A stretch of 62,279 nt of DNA from Pseudomonadota bacterium (GCA_039187085.1 JBCCZV010000005.1:1-62279), one strand, 5' to 3'. Shown: positions 16,776 through 26,792, counted from the stretch's first letter. Notes: generated by a model from the sequence alone, not told the origin. Program-made: numbers and translations.

Positions 16776-17162
16776 GTGAATTTCCAAAACATTGTACAGC
16801 GTTTTTATCAACTATTCTTGATGGCTTTTTGTGTGATTAACACTTCTGCCTGTATCTATATTCTTGACCCGATTACTTATAAACTGGCGATCCAACAAGG
16901 TAATGTTCTCGAAAAAGAGCAAGTCGATAAGTTGGAAATCGGTATGACACAAGAACAAGTCTCTTTTGTGTTAGGTTCTCCCATTATTGAAGACACTTTC
17001 ATGACAGATCGTTGGGATTATGTTTATCGGTATAAAAGTTCACACGGCAAAATCACTGAAGAATCGTTATTCGTTGAATTTAAGGCCGGTAAGTTGACCA
17101 ATATTGGTGGGAGCTTCCTAGAAAAAATTAAAGCAGAAGAAAAAGAAAAGTCTTCTAGTTAA
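16776..17162 (+). CDS. bamE: Outer-membrane protein assembly factor BamE (OmlA/SmpA)
   Basis: Lipobox NTSA|C. IQQGNVLEKEQVDKLEIGMTQEQVSFVLGSPII.D.F..DRWDYVY. It is divergent from fur, as in Pseudomonas. Confidence 0.85.
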   Translation: MNFQNIVQRFYQLFLMAFCVINTSACIYILDPITYKLAIQQGNVLEKEQVDKLEIGMTQEQVSFVLGSPIIEDTFMTDRWDYVYRYKSSHGKITEESLFVEFKAGKLTNIGGSFLEKIKAEEKEKSSS

Positions 17163-17174
17163 ACGAACACATCA

Positions 17175-18845
17175 TTAGAACTGTGCATTTTTTAGCAATT
17201 CTTTCGCGTGTTTTTTCGACGTTGCTGTGACTTCAAGTCCACCAATCATGCGGGCGATTTCTTCGATTCTCTCGGTTTGGTCGAGTTTAGCGACCGCTGT
17301 TTGTGTACTAACTTGGGATTTGGTTTTACAGACAAATAGGTGGTGGTGGGCTTGTGCTGCAACTTGGCCTTGGTGTGTTACGCAAAGCACTTGACTCGAA
17401 CTGCCCAGTTTTCTGAGTAATTTACCGACAATTTCCGCGGTACCGCCGCCTATGCCCACATCAACCTCGTCAAAAATTAAACAAGGCGTATCACCGCCTT
17501 GTGCGAGAATGACTTGTATCGCTAAGCTAATGCGGGAAAGCTCACCCCCAGAGGCGACTTTACTTAGAGGTTTAGGGGGCTGTCCTGGGTTGGCACTTAC
17601 GAAAAACTCGATTTTTTCTTGTCCAAAACGGGATAAGCCTTGTCCTTGGTTTTCGAAATGAATATCAAACTGACCGCCACCCATATTTAAATCAGCAATT
17701 TGTTGAGTGATCATAGGCTCCAAGCGTTTGGCTGCGGTTCTTCTACTTTCAGTAAGCTGATTGGCGACGATAAAATAGGCTGCTTTAGCTGCCTCCAGCT
17801 TTTCATAAAGTACATTAATTTTATCATCGGTTGAATCTAAGGATTCCAGCTCTTCTTGTAATACAGATTGGTGCTGGCAGACCTGATCGGGTTCAATACG
17901 ATGTTTGCGTGCTAAAGTTTGATAATGTGATAAGCGTTCATCAACCCATTGCAGGCGAGCGGGTTCATTATCGATGGTATCAACATGATGACGCATATCT
18001 GCCGTAACTTCACGTAGCGTTATGCTAGCTTCATCCAATTGCTCACGGAAATTTTTGAACTGAGGAGCCATGGGTTCCAGCTTGGCAAAGCGCGTAGACA
18101 GAAGATCCAGTAGGGGGAGGATAGCATTATCGTCCTGTTCGTTAAGTCTATGAATAGCCGTGTGCAGTTCATGTTGTAACAAGTCAGCGTTAGCTAACTG
18201 CGTGTGTTCTAAATCTAGAGCCTCGTATTCACCTTCAATTGGAGAGAGTTCGTTCATTTCTGCAACTTGATAGGATAGTAATTCAAGGCGTGCGTCGTTA
18301 TCGTCTTGCTGCTGTTTAAGTTGCTCTATATCATGGCGGCACTGGCTATAATCTCGATAAAGGTCTGTGAGTTTCGCAAGTAGGTTTTGGTTATTAGCAT
18401 AAAGATCCAACAAATGCCTCTGAGTTTCTGTCTGAACCAACGACTGATGCTCATGTTGCCCATGAATATCTATCAGCTGTTTACTGAGTTCTTTTAGCAT
18501 TTGTAAGGTCACTGGATGACCATTGATGTAAGATTGTGAACGACCAGAGCGTCGAAGAATACGGCGAATGACACATTGATCCTTATTCGCCATGGCTTTT
18601 TCTTCAAGCCAATGACAGGCTGGGCTGTGACCTTCAAATGCAAAAGCTACACAGACTTCGGCATGATCTTGCTCATGCCGAATGACGTTGGTATCAAAAC
18701 GATCACCCATGGCAAAGCTTAACGCATCAATCACAATGGATTTGCCTGCGCCTGTTTCGCCGGTTACCGCGGTCATGCCTGTTTCCAATTCCAGATGCAG
18801 CGTTTGGATGATGGCAAAATCTTTAATGATAATTTCAGAAAGCAT
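17175..18845 (-). CDS. recN: DNA repair protein RecN
   Basis: Start at Met21 (ATG 18845). MLSEIIIKDFAII..L.LE...GMTAVTGETGAGKSI (Walker A). C-terminal ASGGELSRISLAIQV...LIFDEVDVGIGG. Confidence 0.95.
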   Translation of the reverse strand: MLSEIIIKDFAIIQTLHLELETGMTAVTGETGAGKSIVIDALSFAMGDRFDTNVIRHEQDHAEVCVAFAFEGHSPACHWLEEKAMANKDQCVIRRILRRSGRSQSYINGHPVTLQMLKELSKQLIDIHGQHEHQSLVQTETQRHLLDLYANNQNLLAKLTDLYRDYSQCRHDIEQLKQQQDDNDARLELLSYQVAEMNELSPIEGEYEALDLEHTQLANADLLQHELHTAIHRLNEQDDNAILPLLDLLSTRFAKLEPMAPQFKNFREQLDEASITLREVTADMRHHVDTIDNEPARLQWVDERLSHYQTLARKHRIEPDQVCQHQSVLQEELESLDSTDDKINVLYEKLEAAKAAYFIVANQLTESRRTAAKRLEPMITQQIADLNMGGGQFDIHFENQGQGLSRFGQEKIEFFVSANPGQPPKPLSKVASGGELSRISLAIQVILAQGGDTPCLIFDEVDVGIGGGTAEIVGKLLRKLGSSSQVLCVTHQGQVAAQAHHHLFVCKTKSQVSTQTAVAKLDQTERIEEIARMIGGLEVTATSKKHAKELLKNAQF

Positions 18846-18927
18846 ACTCGTGCACACCTTAGGTTGCAGCCGTTGCGTCACGTCCAAACATAAGATACCG
18901 CACAAATGGTCAGTTTTCCAGTGCTGT

Positions 18928-19806
18928 TTAGAGTTTACTGCCCCAGCCGAGTTTACTTCTCAGAATGTGGTAGTAGTCGTGATTGGTTGGGTGTAATAAC
19001 CGTAAGGGGTTCGATTTTTTGTTAATATTAATCACATCCCCTGGCGCGACAGGGATGTTAACCTGGCCGTCACAACTGACTTGTGGATAATGTTGGTTGG
19101 ATGCTGAAACCACAATTTCTATGCGGCTTGAACCATCGATAACAATCGGACGACTGCTTAAGGTGTGAGGAAACATGGGCACTAAAGCAATAGCATTTAA
19201 GCTTGGGTGTAAAATAGGACCACCACCAGAGAGTGAGTAGGCAGTGGAGCCTGTCGGCGTTGAAATGATTAAACCATCAGCCCGCTGGCTATAAACAAAC
19301 TTTTCGTTGATATAAACTTCAAACTCTATCATGCGCGATATTTCACCAGGATAGAGTACGATATCATTCAAGGCTTCACTTTTACCAATCGTATCGTCAT
19401 GACGAATGACTTCTGCAGATAATAGGAAACGGGCGTCTTCAATATAGTTACCCTGCAAAATATCTTCGATAATATCTTGCATTTCGATAGGGCGAATATC
19501 AGTTAAGAAGCCAAGATGGCCTCGGTTGACACCTAAAACCGGCACATTATGTTCGCTTAGCGCGCGCCCTGCGTTTAAAATACTGCCATCTCCACCGACA
19601 ACGATTACCAGGTCGGAATGAGCGCCTAGGTCTTCGCGTCTGACATGTTCTTCTTCAGGTATTCCTAAATCGATGGCAATACTTTGTTGCATCAACACCT
19701 TCAGTTGTTTACTCAACAGAAATTGGCGCAAGTTAGTCATGGTTTCGGCAGCCTCACGATTGCGCGGTTTTCCCATGATACCAATGGTTTGGAATTGCGA
19801 CTCCAC
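18928..19806 (-). CDS. nadK: NAD kinase
   Basis: DLVIVVGGDGSILNAGR, GVNRGHLGFLTD and STPTGSTAYSLSGGGPI are canonical NadK motifs. Confidence 0.95.
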   Translation of the reverse strand: MESQFQTIGIMGKPRNREAAETMTNLRQFLLSKQLKVLMQQSIAIDLGIPEEEHVRREDLGAHSDLVIVVGGDGSILNAGRALSEHNVPVLGVNRGHLGFLTDIRPIEMQDIIEDILQGNYIEDARFLLSAEVIRHDDTIGKSEALNDIVLYPGEISRMIEFEVYINEKFVYSQRADGLIISTPTGSTAYSLSGGGPILHPSLNAIALVPMFPHTLSSRPIVIDGSSRIEIVVSASNQHYPQVSCDGQVNIPVAPGDVININKKSNPLRLLHPTNHDYYHILRSKLGWGSKL

Positions 19807-19907
19807 TTTATGTTGCTCCAGTGCAAATGTAATGGGTATAACTTACCCTAATTCATGGTTTTATGCCAATGGATGGGGCTTGTGTTGCTGATTAGGTCGC
19901 GAATTCA

Positions 19908-19935
19908 TTGAATCTCTTGTATCTGGCCCGCATAG
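19908..19935 (+). promoter_or_regulatory. Sigma-32-type heat-shock promoter candidate upstream of hrcA
   Basis: TTGAAT-13 nt-CCCGCATAG compared with consensus CTTGAA-N13-14-CCCCATNTA. It lies about 130 nt upstream of the hrcA start. Confidence 0.5.
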
Positions 19936-20066
19936 TATTTGAGTATGCTCTTATCACAGATTTTCAGTGACGAATTGCTTAAACTAAACTTAGTAAAATA
20001 GTAGAGCGTTAACCCATATAAATAAGTGATAATTGTGAGTAGATAGGGTCACAACGAGTTGCAAAA

Positions 20067-21107
20067 TTGGAGAAAGTCGTGGTAGTTGCTAACGAACGTG
20101 CGTCAAAGGTTTTAAGAGTGCTCATCGAAAACTATTTGGAAAATGGTATGCCAGTGAGTTCTTCTGCCATCGTCAAATCGGCAGGTTTAGGGGTTAGCGC
20201 TTCTACCGTGCGTAACGTTCTCAGTGAATTAGAAAGTTTGGGGCTGGTGATGTCGCCTCATACTTCAGCGGGGAGAATACCAACAGCGTTAGGCTATCGC
20301 TTTTTTGTAGATAATATCTTGCAGGTTAAACCTATCATAGGGGCAGAGATGCGCAGAATACAGCATGTGGTCGAACGAGCAAAAGGTAACAATGAGTTGC
20401 TTGATAATACGACGCAGGCCTTGTCTAAACTCACTTCCATGTGTTCCCTTGTTGGATTGCCGCGTAAAAATGAAGTGGTCATTGAACGTGTGCAGTTTGT
20501 GCCGATAGCAGAAACTCGTGTCTTGGTGATATTTGTCCTAAGTAATGGAGAGATTCAAAACCGACTTTTAAATATTGAAAATGCCCAACAACTCAAACAA
20601 TTGGACCGTGCATCGGCATTTATCAATGAACACTTCAGTGGCCTAACGCCGGCACAAACTCGCCAACATTTATTACGCCTTTTAAATGAAGACAGGGCCA
20701 AAATTGATGGTGCAATGCGCTCAGCCATCGATGTTGCTGACCAAGCCCTAATGGCTAATCATGATGAAGGCAACATTGTTGTATCTGGGCAAAGCCATCT
20801 ATTCGACATTGAATGGCAAGGAGATATGGATAAATTACGCGCTATCTTTGATGCCTTTACGGAGAAGCGCAGTTTTCTTAATTTACTCGATCGTTGCTTA
20901 GCTGCCGATCAGTTCCAATTATTTATTGGTGAAGAGTCAGGGTTTGACGAATTACAAAATTGCAGCATTGTGGCTGCTCCTTATGAAATCAATGGGAAAC
21001 GAGTTGGTGTGCTGGCCGTTATTGGCCCAACTCGTATGGATTATCGTCGAGTGATCCCACTTGTGGATATTACCGCGAAAATGCTGACTTCGACCTTGAA
21101 CCCCTAA
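20067..21107 (+). CDS. hrcA: Heat-inducible transcription repressor HrcA
   Basis: N-terminal winged helix (RASKVLRVLIENYLENGMPVSSSAIV...STVRNVLSELE..GL...PHTSAGRIPT..GYRFFVD). C-terminal ...GVLAVIGPTRMDYRRVIPLVD. TTG start as tracked; the exact start is uncertain. Confidence 0.93.
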   Translation: MEKVVVVANERASKVLRVLIENYLENGMPVSSSAIVKSAGLGVSASTVRNVLSELESLGLVMSPHTSAGRIPTALGYRFFVDNILQVKPIIGAEMRRIQHVVERAKGNNELLDNTTQALSKLTSMCSLVGLPRKNEVVIERVQFVPIAETRVLVIFVLSNGEIQNRLLNIENAQQLKQLDRASAFINEHFSGLTPAQTRQHLLRLLNEDRAKIDGAMRSAIDVADQALMANHDEGNIVVSGQSHLFDIEWQGDMDKLRAIFDAFTEKRSFLNLLDRCLAADQFQLFIGEESGFDELQNCSIVAAPYEINGKRVGVLAVIGPTRMDYRRVIPLVDITAKMLTSTLNP

Positions 21108-21123
21108 AATACAGCCCCATATA
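21095..21123 (+). promoter_or_regulatory. Near-consensus sigma-32 promoter upstream of grpE (overlaps the hrcA 3' end)
   Basis: CTTGAA (21095-21100), 14 nt, CCCCATATA (21115-21123). Confidence 0.7.
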
Positions 21124-21235
21124 GCCCTTATCTACTACTACCCTAATGTGTTTGGGATTGCAGAACTCGCGCAGTGTTTACATCGCATTGGGTATTACTT
21201 TTTGATTATTTTGTGTATGAGAATAAGGGGAAGGC

Positions 21236-21862
21236 ATGTCCACAGAACCGAAAAATGAAAGCCAAGACATTGAAAAGGAACAGGTTACTGAAAATGTCGA
21301 GCTATCTGCAGCGGCGGATGACGATCAAGATAATGCTCAAAATGCATCAGAAAATGCGCAAGAGCTTGATTTATCAACGCTGCAAGCTGAACTAGAAACA
21401 GCGCAGACTAAAGCATCAGAAAATTGGGATCTTTTGCTCAGAGAGCGAGCGGAAGCACAAAATATCCAGCGTCGCGCAGACAGAGAAGTTAGTAATGCCA
21501 AAAAATATGCTGTAGAGCGTATTTGCAACGATTTATTGCCGGTATTAGATTCTTTAGAACAAGGTCTTTCTCTACCTGCTTCGAGTGATGAAAGTAAAGC
21601 TGTTTTGGAAGGTGTTGAGTTAACAGTTAAAATGATGGTTGATGTTTTGCACAAGCATAATGTTAAACAATTAAACCCGGTAGGCGAAAATTTTAATCCT
21701 GAGCACCATGAAGCTATGGCGATGCAAGAAAGCGCTGAACATGAAGCGAATACTATCATTAATGTTTTTCAAAAAGGTTATTTGCTTAATGGTCGCTTGA
21801 TTCGGCCAGCACGTGTGGTGGTTTCCAAAGGTTCAGGTTCTCAAGTTGATACACACGCTTAA
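21236..21862 (+). CDS. grpE: Nucleotide exchange factor GrpE
   Basis: Acidic N-terminus, then RA.AE..N...R..RE......A.E....DLLPVLDSLE.....G.......L....V..........FNPE.H.A. Confidence 0.95.
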   Translation: MSTEPKNESQDIEKEQVTENVELSAAADDDQDNAQNASENAQELDLSTLQAELETAQTKASENWDLLLRERAEAQNIQRRADREVSNAKKYAVERICNDLLPVLDSLEQGLSLPASSDESKAVLEGVELTVKMMVDVLHKHNVKQLNPVGENFNPEHHEAMAMQESAEHEANTIINVFQKGYLLNGRLIRPARVVVSKGSGSQVDTHA

Positions 21863-21927
21863 AACCAGAAGTGCGAAATTCAACCGAAATAAAATGCTAT
21901 TTATTAGTAATTGACATGCGAAGCTGA

Positions 21928-21955
21928 GTTGAACTTTGTGATAGATACCCCAATA
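21928..21955 (+). promoter_or_regulatory. Sigma-32-type promoter upstream of dnaK
   Basis: TTGAAC (21928-33), 13 nt, CCCCAATAT (21947-55), about 55 nt upstream of the dnaK ATG. Confidence 0.65.
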
Positions 21956-22010
21956 TTTTACACAACTTTAATGATTTTATTTTTATAGAAATACTGCTGG
22001 AGAGAAAGGC

Positions 22011-23951
22011 ATGGGAAAAATTATTGGTATTGATTTAGGTACGACGAACTCTTGTGTTGCCGTACTCGACGGTAAAGAACCGAAAGTTATTGAAAACGCT
22101 GAAGGTGGTAGAACAACGCCCTCTATTGTTGCTTACACCAAAGAAGGCGAAACGTTAGTAGGCCAATCTGCCAAGCGTCAAGCGGTAACCAATCCTGACA
22201 ACACCTTATTCGCGATCAAGCGTCTAATCGGCCGTCGTTTCAAAGACAAAGTTGTGCAAAAAGACATCTCTATGGTCCCATACAAAATTGTCGAAGCCGA
22301 TAATGGCGATGCTTGGGTTAAAGTCAATGATGACAAGCTAGCTCCACCGCAAGTTTCTGCTGAAGTTTTAAAGAAGATGAAAAAAACAGCAGAAGACTAT
22401 TTGGGCGAGACAGTCACTGAAGCGGTTATTACCGTACCAGCCTACTTCGATGATACACAACGTCAAGCAACAAAAGATGCGGGTCGTATTGCTGGGTTGG
22501 AAGTTAAACGAATCATCAATGAGCCCACCGCTGCAGCATTGGCTTATGGCTTAGACAAAGCACGTGGCGACAAAAAAATTGCTGTTTATGACTTAGGTGG
22601 TGGTACTTTCGATATTTCAATTATCGATATCGCAGAAGTTGAAGGCGAAAATACCTTCGAAGTTTTGTCTACTAATGGTGATACTTTCCTTGGTGGTGAA
22701 GATTTCGATATGAAAGTTATCGATTATTTGACCGAAGAATTCAAGAAAGAGTCAGGTATCGACTTGCATAACGATCCTTTAGCTTTGCAACGCTTAAAAG
22801 AAGCGGGTGAAAAAGCAAAGATTGAGTTGTCATCATCACAACAAACGGATGTTAATCTTCCTTACATCACAGCCGATGCGACGGGACCCAAACATTTAAA
22901 CATTAAATTGACTCGCGCTAAATTAGAATCGTTAGTTGATGATTTAATTACCCGTTCTTTGGAGCCGGTGAAGGTTGCTTTAGAGGATGCCGGCTTGTCG
23001 GTTTCAGAAATTGATGATGTTATCTTGGTCGGTGGACAAACGCGTATGCCGAAAGTGCAAGAAACCGTTGCTAATTTCTTCGGCAAAGAGCCACGTAAAG
23101 ATGTCAATCCTGATGAAGCGGTTGCTGTAGGTGCTTCGATCCAAGCTGGCGTACTTTCTGGTGATGTTAAAGACGTATTATTATTGGATGTAACACCCTT
23201 AACGCTAGGTATCGAAACCATGGGTGGTGTCATGACTCCTCTGATCGAGAAGAACACGACAATACCAACCAAAGCAAGCCAAGTTTTCTCGACAGCTGAT
23301 GATAATCAAACCGCTGTGACGGTTCACGTATTACAAGGTGAGCGTAAAATGGCGGGCCAAAACAAGTCGTTAGGTAAGTTTGATTTGTCCGACATTCCAC
23401 CGGCGCCTCGAGGTGTACCGCAAATCGAAGTTGCTTTTGATATTGATGCTAACGGTATCATGCATGTTTCTGCTAAAGATAAAGCCACTGGTAAAGAGCA
23501 ATCGATTCGTATTCAAGCTTCCAGCGGGCTCAGCGAAGAAGAAATCGATAAAATGGTTCGTGACGCGGAAACACACGCCGAAGAAGATAAAAAATTCGAA
23601 GAGCTCGTTCAAGCGCGCAATCAAGCGGATGGTATGATTCATGCGACGCGTAAAACCATGGAAGAAGCAGACGATGTGACTGATGAAGAAAGAAGCGCTA
23701 TCGAATCTGCTATCACTGAGTTGGAAACAGCACTTAAGGGTGATAGTAAAGAAGAAATTGATGCGAAAACCCAGGCTTTGACGACCGCTTCTCAAAAGCT
23801 AGCTGAACGCATGTATCAAAAGTCACAAGCTGAAGCAGCTGCTAATGGTGGAGGCCAAGATCAGCCTAATGCGGGCAGTGAGAAAAAAGCGGATGGTGCT
23901 GAAGATGTTGTAGATGCTGAGTTTGAAGAAGTTAAAAACGATAAGAAATAA
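22011..23951 (+). CDS. dnaK: Molecular chaperone DnaK (Hsp70)
   Basis: [18 protein letters not shown]..., [11 protein letters not shown] and [11 protein letters not shown]; full-length Hsp70. Confidence 0.99.
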   Translation: MGKIIGIDLGTTNSCVAVLDGKEPKVIENAEGGRTTPSIVAYTKEGETLVGQSAKRQAVTNPDNTLFAIKRLIGRRFKDKVVQKDISMVPYKIVEADNGDAWVKVNDDKLAPPQVSAEVLKKMKKTAEDYLGETVTEAVITVPAYFDDTQRQATKDAGRIAGLEVKRIINEPTAAALAYGLDKARGDKKIAVYDLGGGTFDISIIDIAEVEGENTFEVLSTNGDTFLGGEDFDMKVIDYLTEEFKKESGIDLHNDPLALQRLKEAGEKAKIELSSSQQTDVNLPYITADATGPKHLNIKLTRAKLESLVDDLITRSLEPVKVALEDAGLSVSEIDDVILVGGQTRMPKVQETVANFFGKEPRKDVNPDEAVAVGASIQAGVLSGDVKDVLLLDVTPLTLGIETMGGVMTPLIEKNTTIPTKASQVFSTADDNQTAVTVHVLQGERKMAGQNKSLGKFDLSDIPPAPRGVPQIEVAFDIDANGIMHVSAKDKATGKEQSIRIQASSGLSEEEIDKMVRDAETHAEEDKKFEELVQARNQADGMIHATRKTMEEADDVTDEERSAIESAITELETALKGDSKEEIDAKTQALTTASQKLAERMYQKSQAEAAANGGGQDQPNAGSEKKADGAEDVVDAEFEEVKNDKK

Positions 23952-23991
23952 TCGTGATTAAAAGATTCCATCTTTAGTGTCAAATAACATT

Positions 23992-24018
23992 GGGTGTGCT
24001 ATACACCCTTTGTTGTTT
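23992..24018 (+). terminator. Intrinsic terminator/attenuator after dnaK
   Basis: gggtgt-gctat-acaccc followed by tttgttgttt. Confidence 0.65.
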
Positions 24019-24101
24019 CAGGGGGAAGGGACTCTAACTGTCGATCCCAATCAAGCCCTATTCTAGTTACCTAAGTCAACGAGCAACTGAAGTTAAAAAG
24101 C

Positions 24102-25220
24102 ATGGCTAAACGAGACTATTACGAAGCGCTTGGCGTATCAAAATCCGCCTCGCAAGATGACATTAAGAAAGCCTATCGTAAGATGGCAATGAAGTTCCAC
24201 CCCGATCGCAATACTGACGATCCAGAAAAAGCGGAGGAACAGTTTAAGGAAGTTAAAGAAGCTTACGAAGTCCTTTCCAACTCAGAAAAACGTGCCATGT
24301 ACGATCAATACGGCCATGCCGGTGTCGATCCTTCTATGGGTGGTGGAGCGCATGGTGCAGGCGGTGCTAGCTTCAGTGATATTTTTGGTGATGTGTTTGG
24401 AGACATCTTTGGTGGTTCGCGCGGTGGTGGGCGTTCACAACGTGGGGCTGATTTACGCTACAATATGGAGCTGACTCTAGAAGAAGCCGTACGAGGTGTC
24501 AGCAAAAAAATTAATATTCCTAAATATGACCAGTGTAATACGTGTAATGGTACTGGTGCAAAAAAAGGCACCTCGCCAGTAACCTGTACGACCTGTGGTG
24601 GTAGTGGCCAAGTACGTATACAGCAAGGTTTTTTCTCTATCCAACAAACCTGTCCCCAGTGTCGCGGTCAAGGAAAGATAATCAAAGATCCTTGTGAAGA
24701 CTGTCATGGTACTGGGCGGGTGAAAACCGAAAAAGTACTTTCAGTAAAAATTCCGCCAGGAGTTGATACTGGGGATCGTATACGTCTTTCGGGTGAGGGT
24801 GAAGCGGGTGGTCCAGGTACGCAACCCGGTGATTTATATGTACAGGTTGTGGTGCGAGATCATGAGATCTTTACGCGTGATGGTGATAATCTTTTCTGTG
24901 AAGTGCCGATTGGCTTTACAACAGCGGCTTTAGGTGGTGAGCTTGAAGTGCCTACTTTAGAAGGCCGAGTAAACTTAAAAGTACCTCAGGAAACCCAGAG
25001 TGGTAAAATATTCCGCCTCAGAGGTAAGGGTGTAGCCCCGATGCGCGGCGGTGCTGCAGGAGATTTATTATGTCGAGTGGTTGTTGAAACCCCAGTTAAT
25101 TTGTCGCAAAAACAAAAGAATATTCTCAAGGACTTTGAAAATAGCTTATCTGAAAAACCCGACAAACATAACCCGCGCGTTAAAAGCTGGTTTGATGGTG
25201 TCAAATCTTTTTTTGAATAG
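24102..25220 (+). CDS. dnaJ: Co-chaperone DnaJ
   Basis: J-domain with HPDRN, a G/F-rich region, and four CxxCxGxG zinc-finger repeats ([32 protein letters not shown]). Confidence 0.98.
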   Translation: MAKRDYYEALGVSKSASQDDIKKAYRKMAMKFHPDRNTDDPEKAEEQFKEVKEAYEVLSNSEKRAMYDQYGHAGVDPSMGGGAHGAGGASFSDIFGDVFGDIFGGSRGGGRSQRGADLRYNMELTLEEAVRGVSKKINIPKYDQCNTCNGTGAKKGTSPVTCTTCGGSGQVRIQQGFFSIQQTCPQCRGQGKIIKDPCEDCHGTGRVKTEKVLSVKIPPGVDTGDRIRLSGEGEAGGPGTQPGDLYVQVVVRDHEIFTRDGDNLFCEVPIGFTTAALGGELEVPTLEGRVNLKVPQETQSGKIFRLRGKGVAPMRGGAAGDLLCRVVVETPVNLSQKQKNILKDFENSLSEKPDKHNPRVKSWFDGVKSFFE

Positions 25221-25252
25221 CGCTTAGGGGTATTGCTGCGATTAATGCTTTC

Positions 25253-25283
25253 ATGAAGCCTTAGCCTAGGCTTCATAACTTTT
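25253..25283 (+). terminator. Possible terminator after dnaJ
   Basis: atgaagcc-(8 nt)-ggcttcat followed by aacttttctc. The U-tract is weak. Confidence 0.4.
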
Positions 25284-25403
25284 CTCACCACTTTCATTTC
25301 ATCGTATTGAACGTTTCTTTGTAGATAATATTTTTTTAAACTGTCAATCATAACGTAAATGTTTGATGTTAATACAGGTTGATCTTAACCATAGGAGTAA
25401 TGT

Positions 25404-26204
25404 ATGTCGATAAACTCTCCAATTCGTGTTGGAATTACGGGAGCCAGTGGCCGCATGGGACGTGCCGTAGAAACTGCGGTTGTTGAAAGTGCAGATACTA
25501 AAGTAGGCGCATTGTTTTTACGAGCAGGCCACGAACAGTTGGGTGGAAAATCGATGATCAGTGAGTGCACTTATATGACCGCTGAGTCTGAAAGGCTTGT
25601 CGAAAAAGTAGATATTGTGATTGACTTTTCGTTGCCTGAAAATGCTTTGAATATGGTTAAGCTTTGTGAAAACGCGGGTGTCCCTATTGTCATTGGCACA
25701 ACGGGTTTTAATAAAGAGCAAGAGGCGGAATTACAAGTTGCCAGTCAAAAAATTCCGCTTCTTTTTTCAGCAAATATGAGTGTTGGAGTCAACGCGACTT
25801 ATGCTTTATTGAGAAAAGCTGCCGAACTCTTAGGCACAGAGTGGGATATTGAACTGACGGAAGCACACCACAAACATAAACGCGATACTCCCTCAGGAAC
25901 AGCACTTGCTATGGCCAAGGAAATTGCGACGACATTAAATTGGGATCCCGACGAAGCGTTTAATACCGATAGAGCGACAGAGCAATGTGAACGTAAGCCA
26001 CATCAAATTGGTTTTTCTGTTATTAGAGCAGGAGATATTGTTGGCGAGCACAGCGTTTTGTTTGCTGGTAAGCATGAACGTATTACCATTGGCCATAAAG
26101 CACACTCTCGTTCTGTTTTTGCAGAAGGCAGCGTCGTGGCTGCAAAATACCTGGTTGGACAAGGAGTAGGTTTCTACACAATGAAAGAAGTGTTGGGCTT
26201 GTAA
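25404..26204 (+). CDS. dapB: 4-hydroxy-tetrahydrodipicolinate reductase
   Basis: IRVGITGASGRMGR (NAD(P) fold), EAHHKHKRDTPSGTA, SVIRAGDIVGEH.V.F. Confidence 0.95.
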   Translation: MSINSPIRVGITGASGRMGRAVETAVVESADTKVGALFLRAGHEQLGGKSMISECTYMTAESERLVEKVDIVIDFSLPENALNMVKLCENAGVPIVIGTTGFNKEQEAELQVASQKIPLLFSANMSVGVNATYALLRKAAELLGTEWDIELTEAHHKHKRDTPSGTALAMAKEIATTLNWDPDEAFNTDRATEQCERKPHQIGFSVIRAGDIVGEHSVLFAGKHERITIGHKAHSRSVFAEGSVVAAKYLVGQGVGFYTMKEVLGL

Positions 26205-26424
26205 GCCATTTCCTACACAAGTTGTAAGTATGCTGCCCGACTTGTGGGGTATAAATACTGAAAATAATGCACGAAAACACACATTACGTCATATGATAAA
26301 CTCCATAAGTTCTTGATTATCAATAGTAAAGGCGGATGAGCAAATTTTATGCTCTCAGAAAATGTCGCAAGGTTCGTAGTAACCTATCTTGTCAATCATT
26401 GGTGATAGTTTAATCTAAACCTAT

Positions 26425-26792
26425 CGAAGCGGCACGGATGCAGCTAAGGAAGAACAAAGTCCACGGAGTGGACACCAAGGATAAAATGATAATAACAATT
26501 TTTGATGGACTTCCAAGGTCGGATAAAAACTTCTTAGGATGAGAAGTCAACATGGACGAGAACAACACATCAATGGATTGAGTGGGAAAGGGATAGTGAG
26601 CCAAAGGAAATGGCTTCAAGGATGATAAGGAAAATACTGAGCACTAGGATTGTGCATTAATAAAGCTTCGGGGAATCAGAGTAAAAGGATGTTGACTATT
26701 CCACAGTGACGTGGAGTGCCCAGGATGGGAACACAGCAAAGGAAAAACTTATGCTAGTGAAGGAGAGGTATCTCTCCTTCATGAAGTTTTTT
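26425..26792 (+). ncRNA. CsrB/RsmB-family (CsrA/RsmA-sequestering) sRNA candidate
   Basis: By eye, 23 GGA trinucleotides on the + strand lie between 26436 and 26764, many in CsrA-type contexts (cacGGAtg, caaGGAta, ttaGGAtga, caaGGAtga, aaaGGAtg, caGGAtgg). Several sit in short hairpin loops, for example gtccac-GGA-gtggac at 26460-74, ttct-taGGAtg-agaa and gcac-taGGAtt-gtgc. The 3' hairpin tgaaggagag-gtat-ctctccttca (26758-81) is followed by a T6 run (26787-92). The 5' end is approximate. Confidence 0.65.

Noticed and set aside
17175-18905. N-terminal extensions in the ORF track for recN, smpB, metK, bioH, rsmE, ftsH, yceI, the lipoproteins, the protease and others
   Set aside because: Alignment by eye with well-known orthologs, or placement of the signal peptide or lipobox, supports internal Met starts. 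The extensions overlap upstream genes or lack an SD.
19807-20066. CIRCE operator upstream of hrcA
   Set aside because: No sequence approximating TTAGCACTC-N9-GAGTGCTAA was found by eye in this or the grpE and dnaK leaders.
22862-23795. Antisense and alternate-frame ORFs inside dnaK (22862..23272, 23370..23795, 23380..23637). Similar ORFs lie inside carB, ftsH, glmM, recN, the TonB receptor, the His-1 protein genes and others.
   Set aside because: They sit entirely within strongly supported, highly conserved genes. They have odd composition (Ser/Leu/Arg-rich) and no RBS or family resemblance, so they are typical shadow ORFs.
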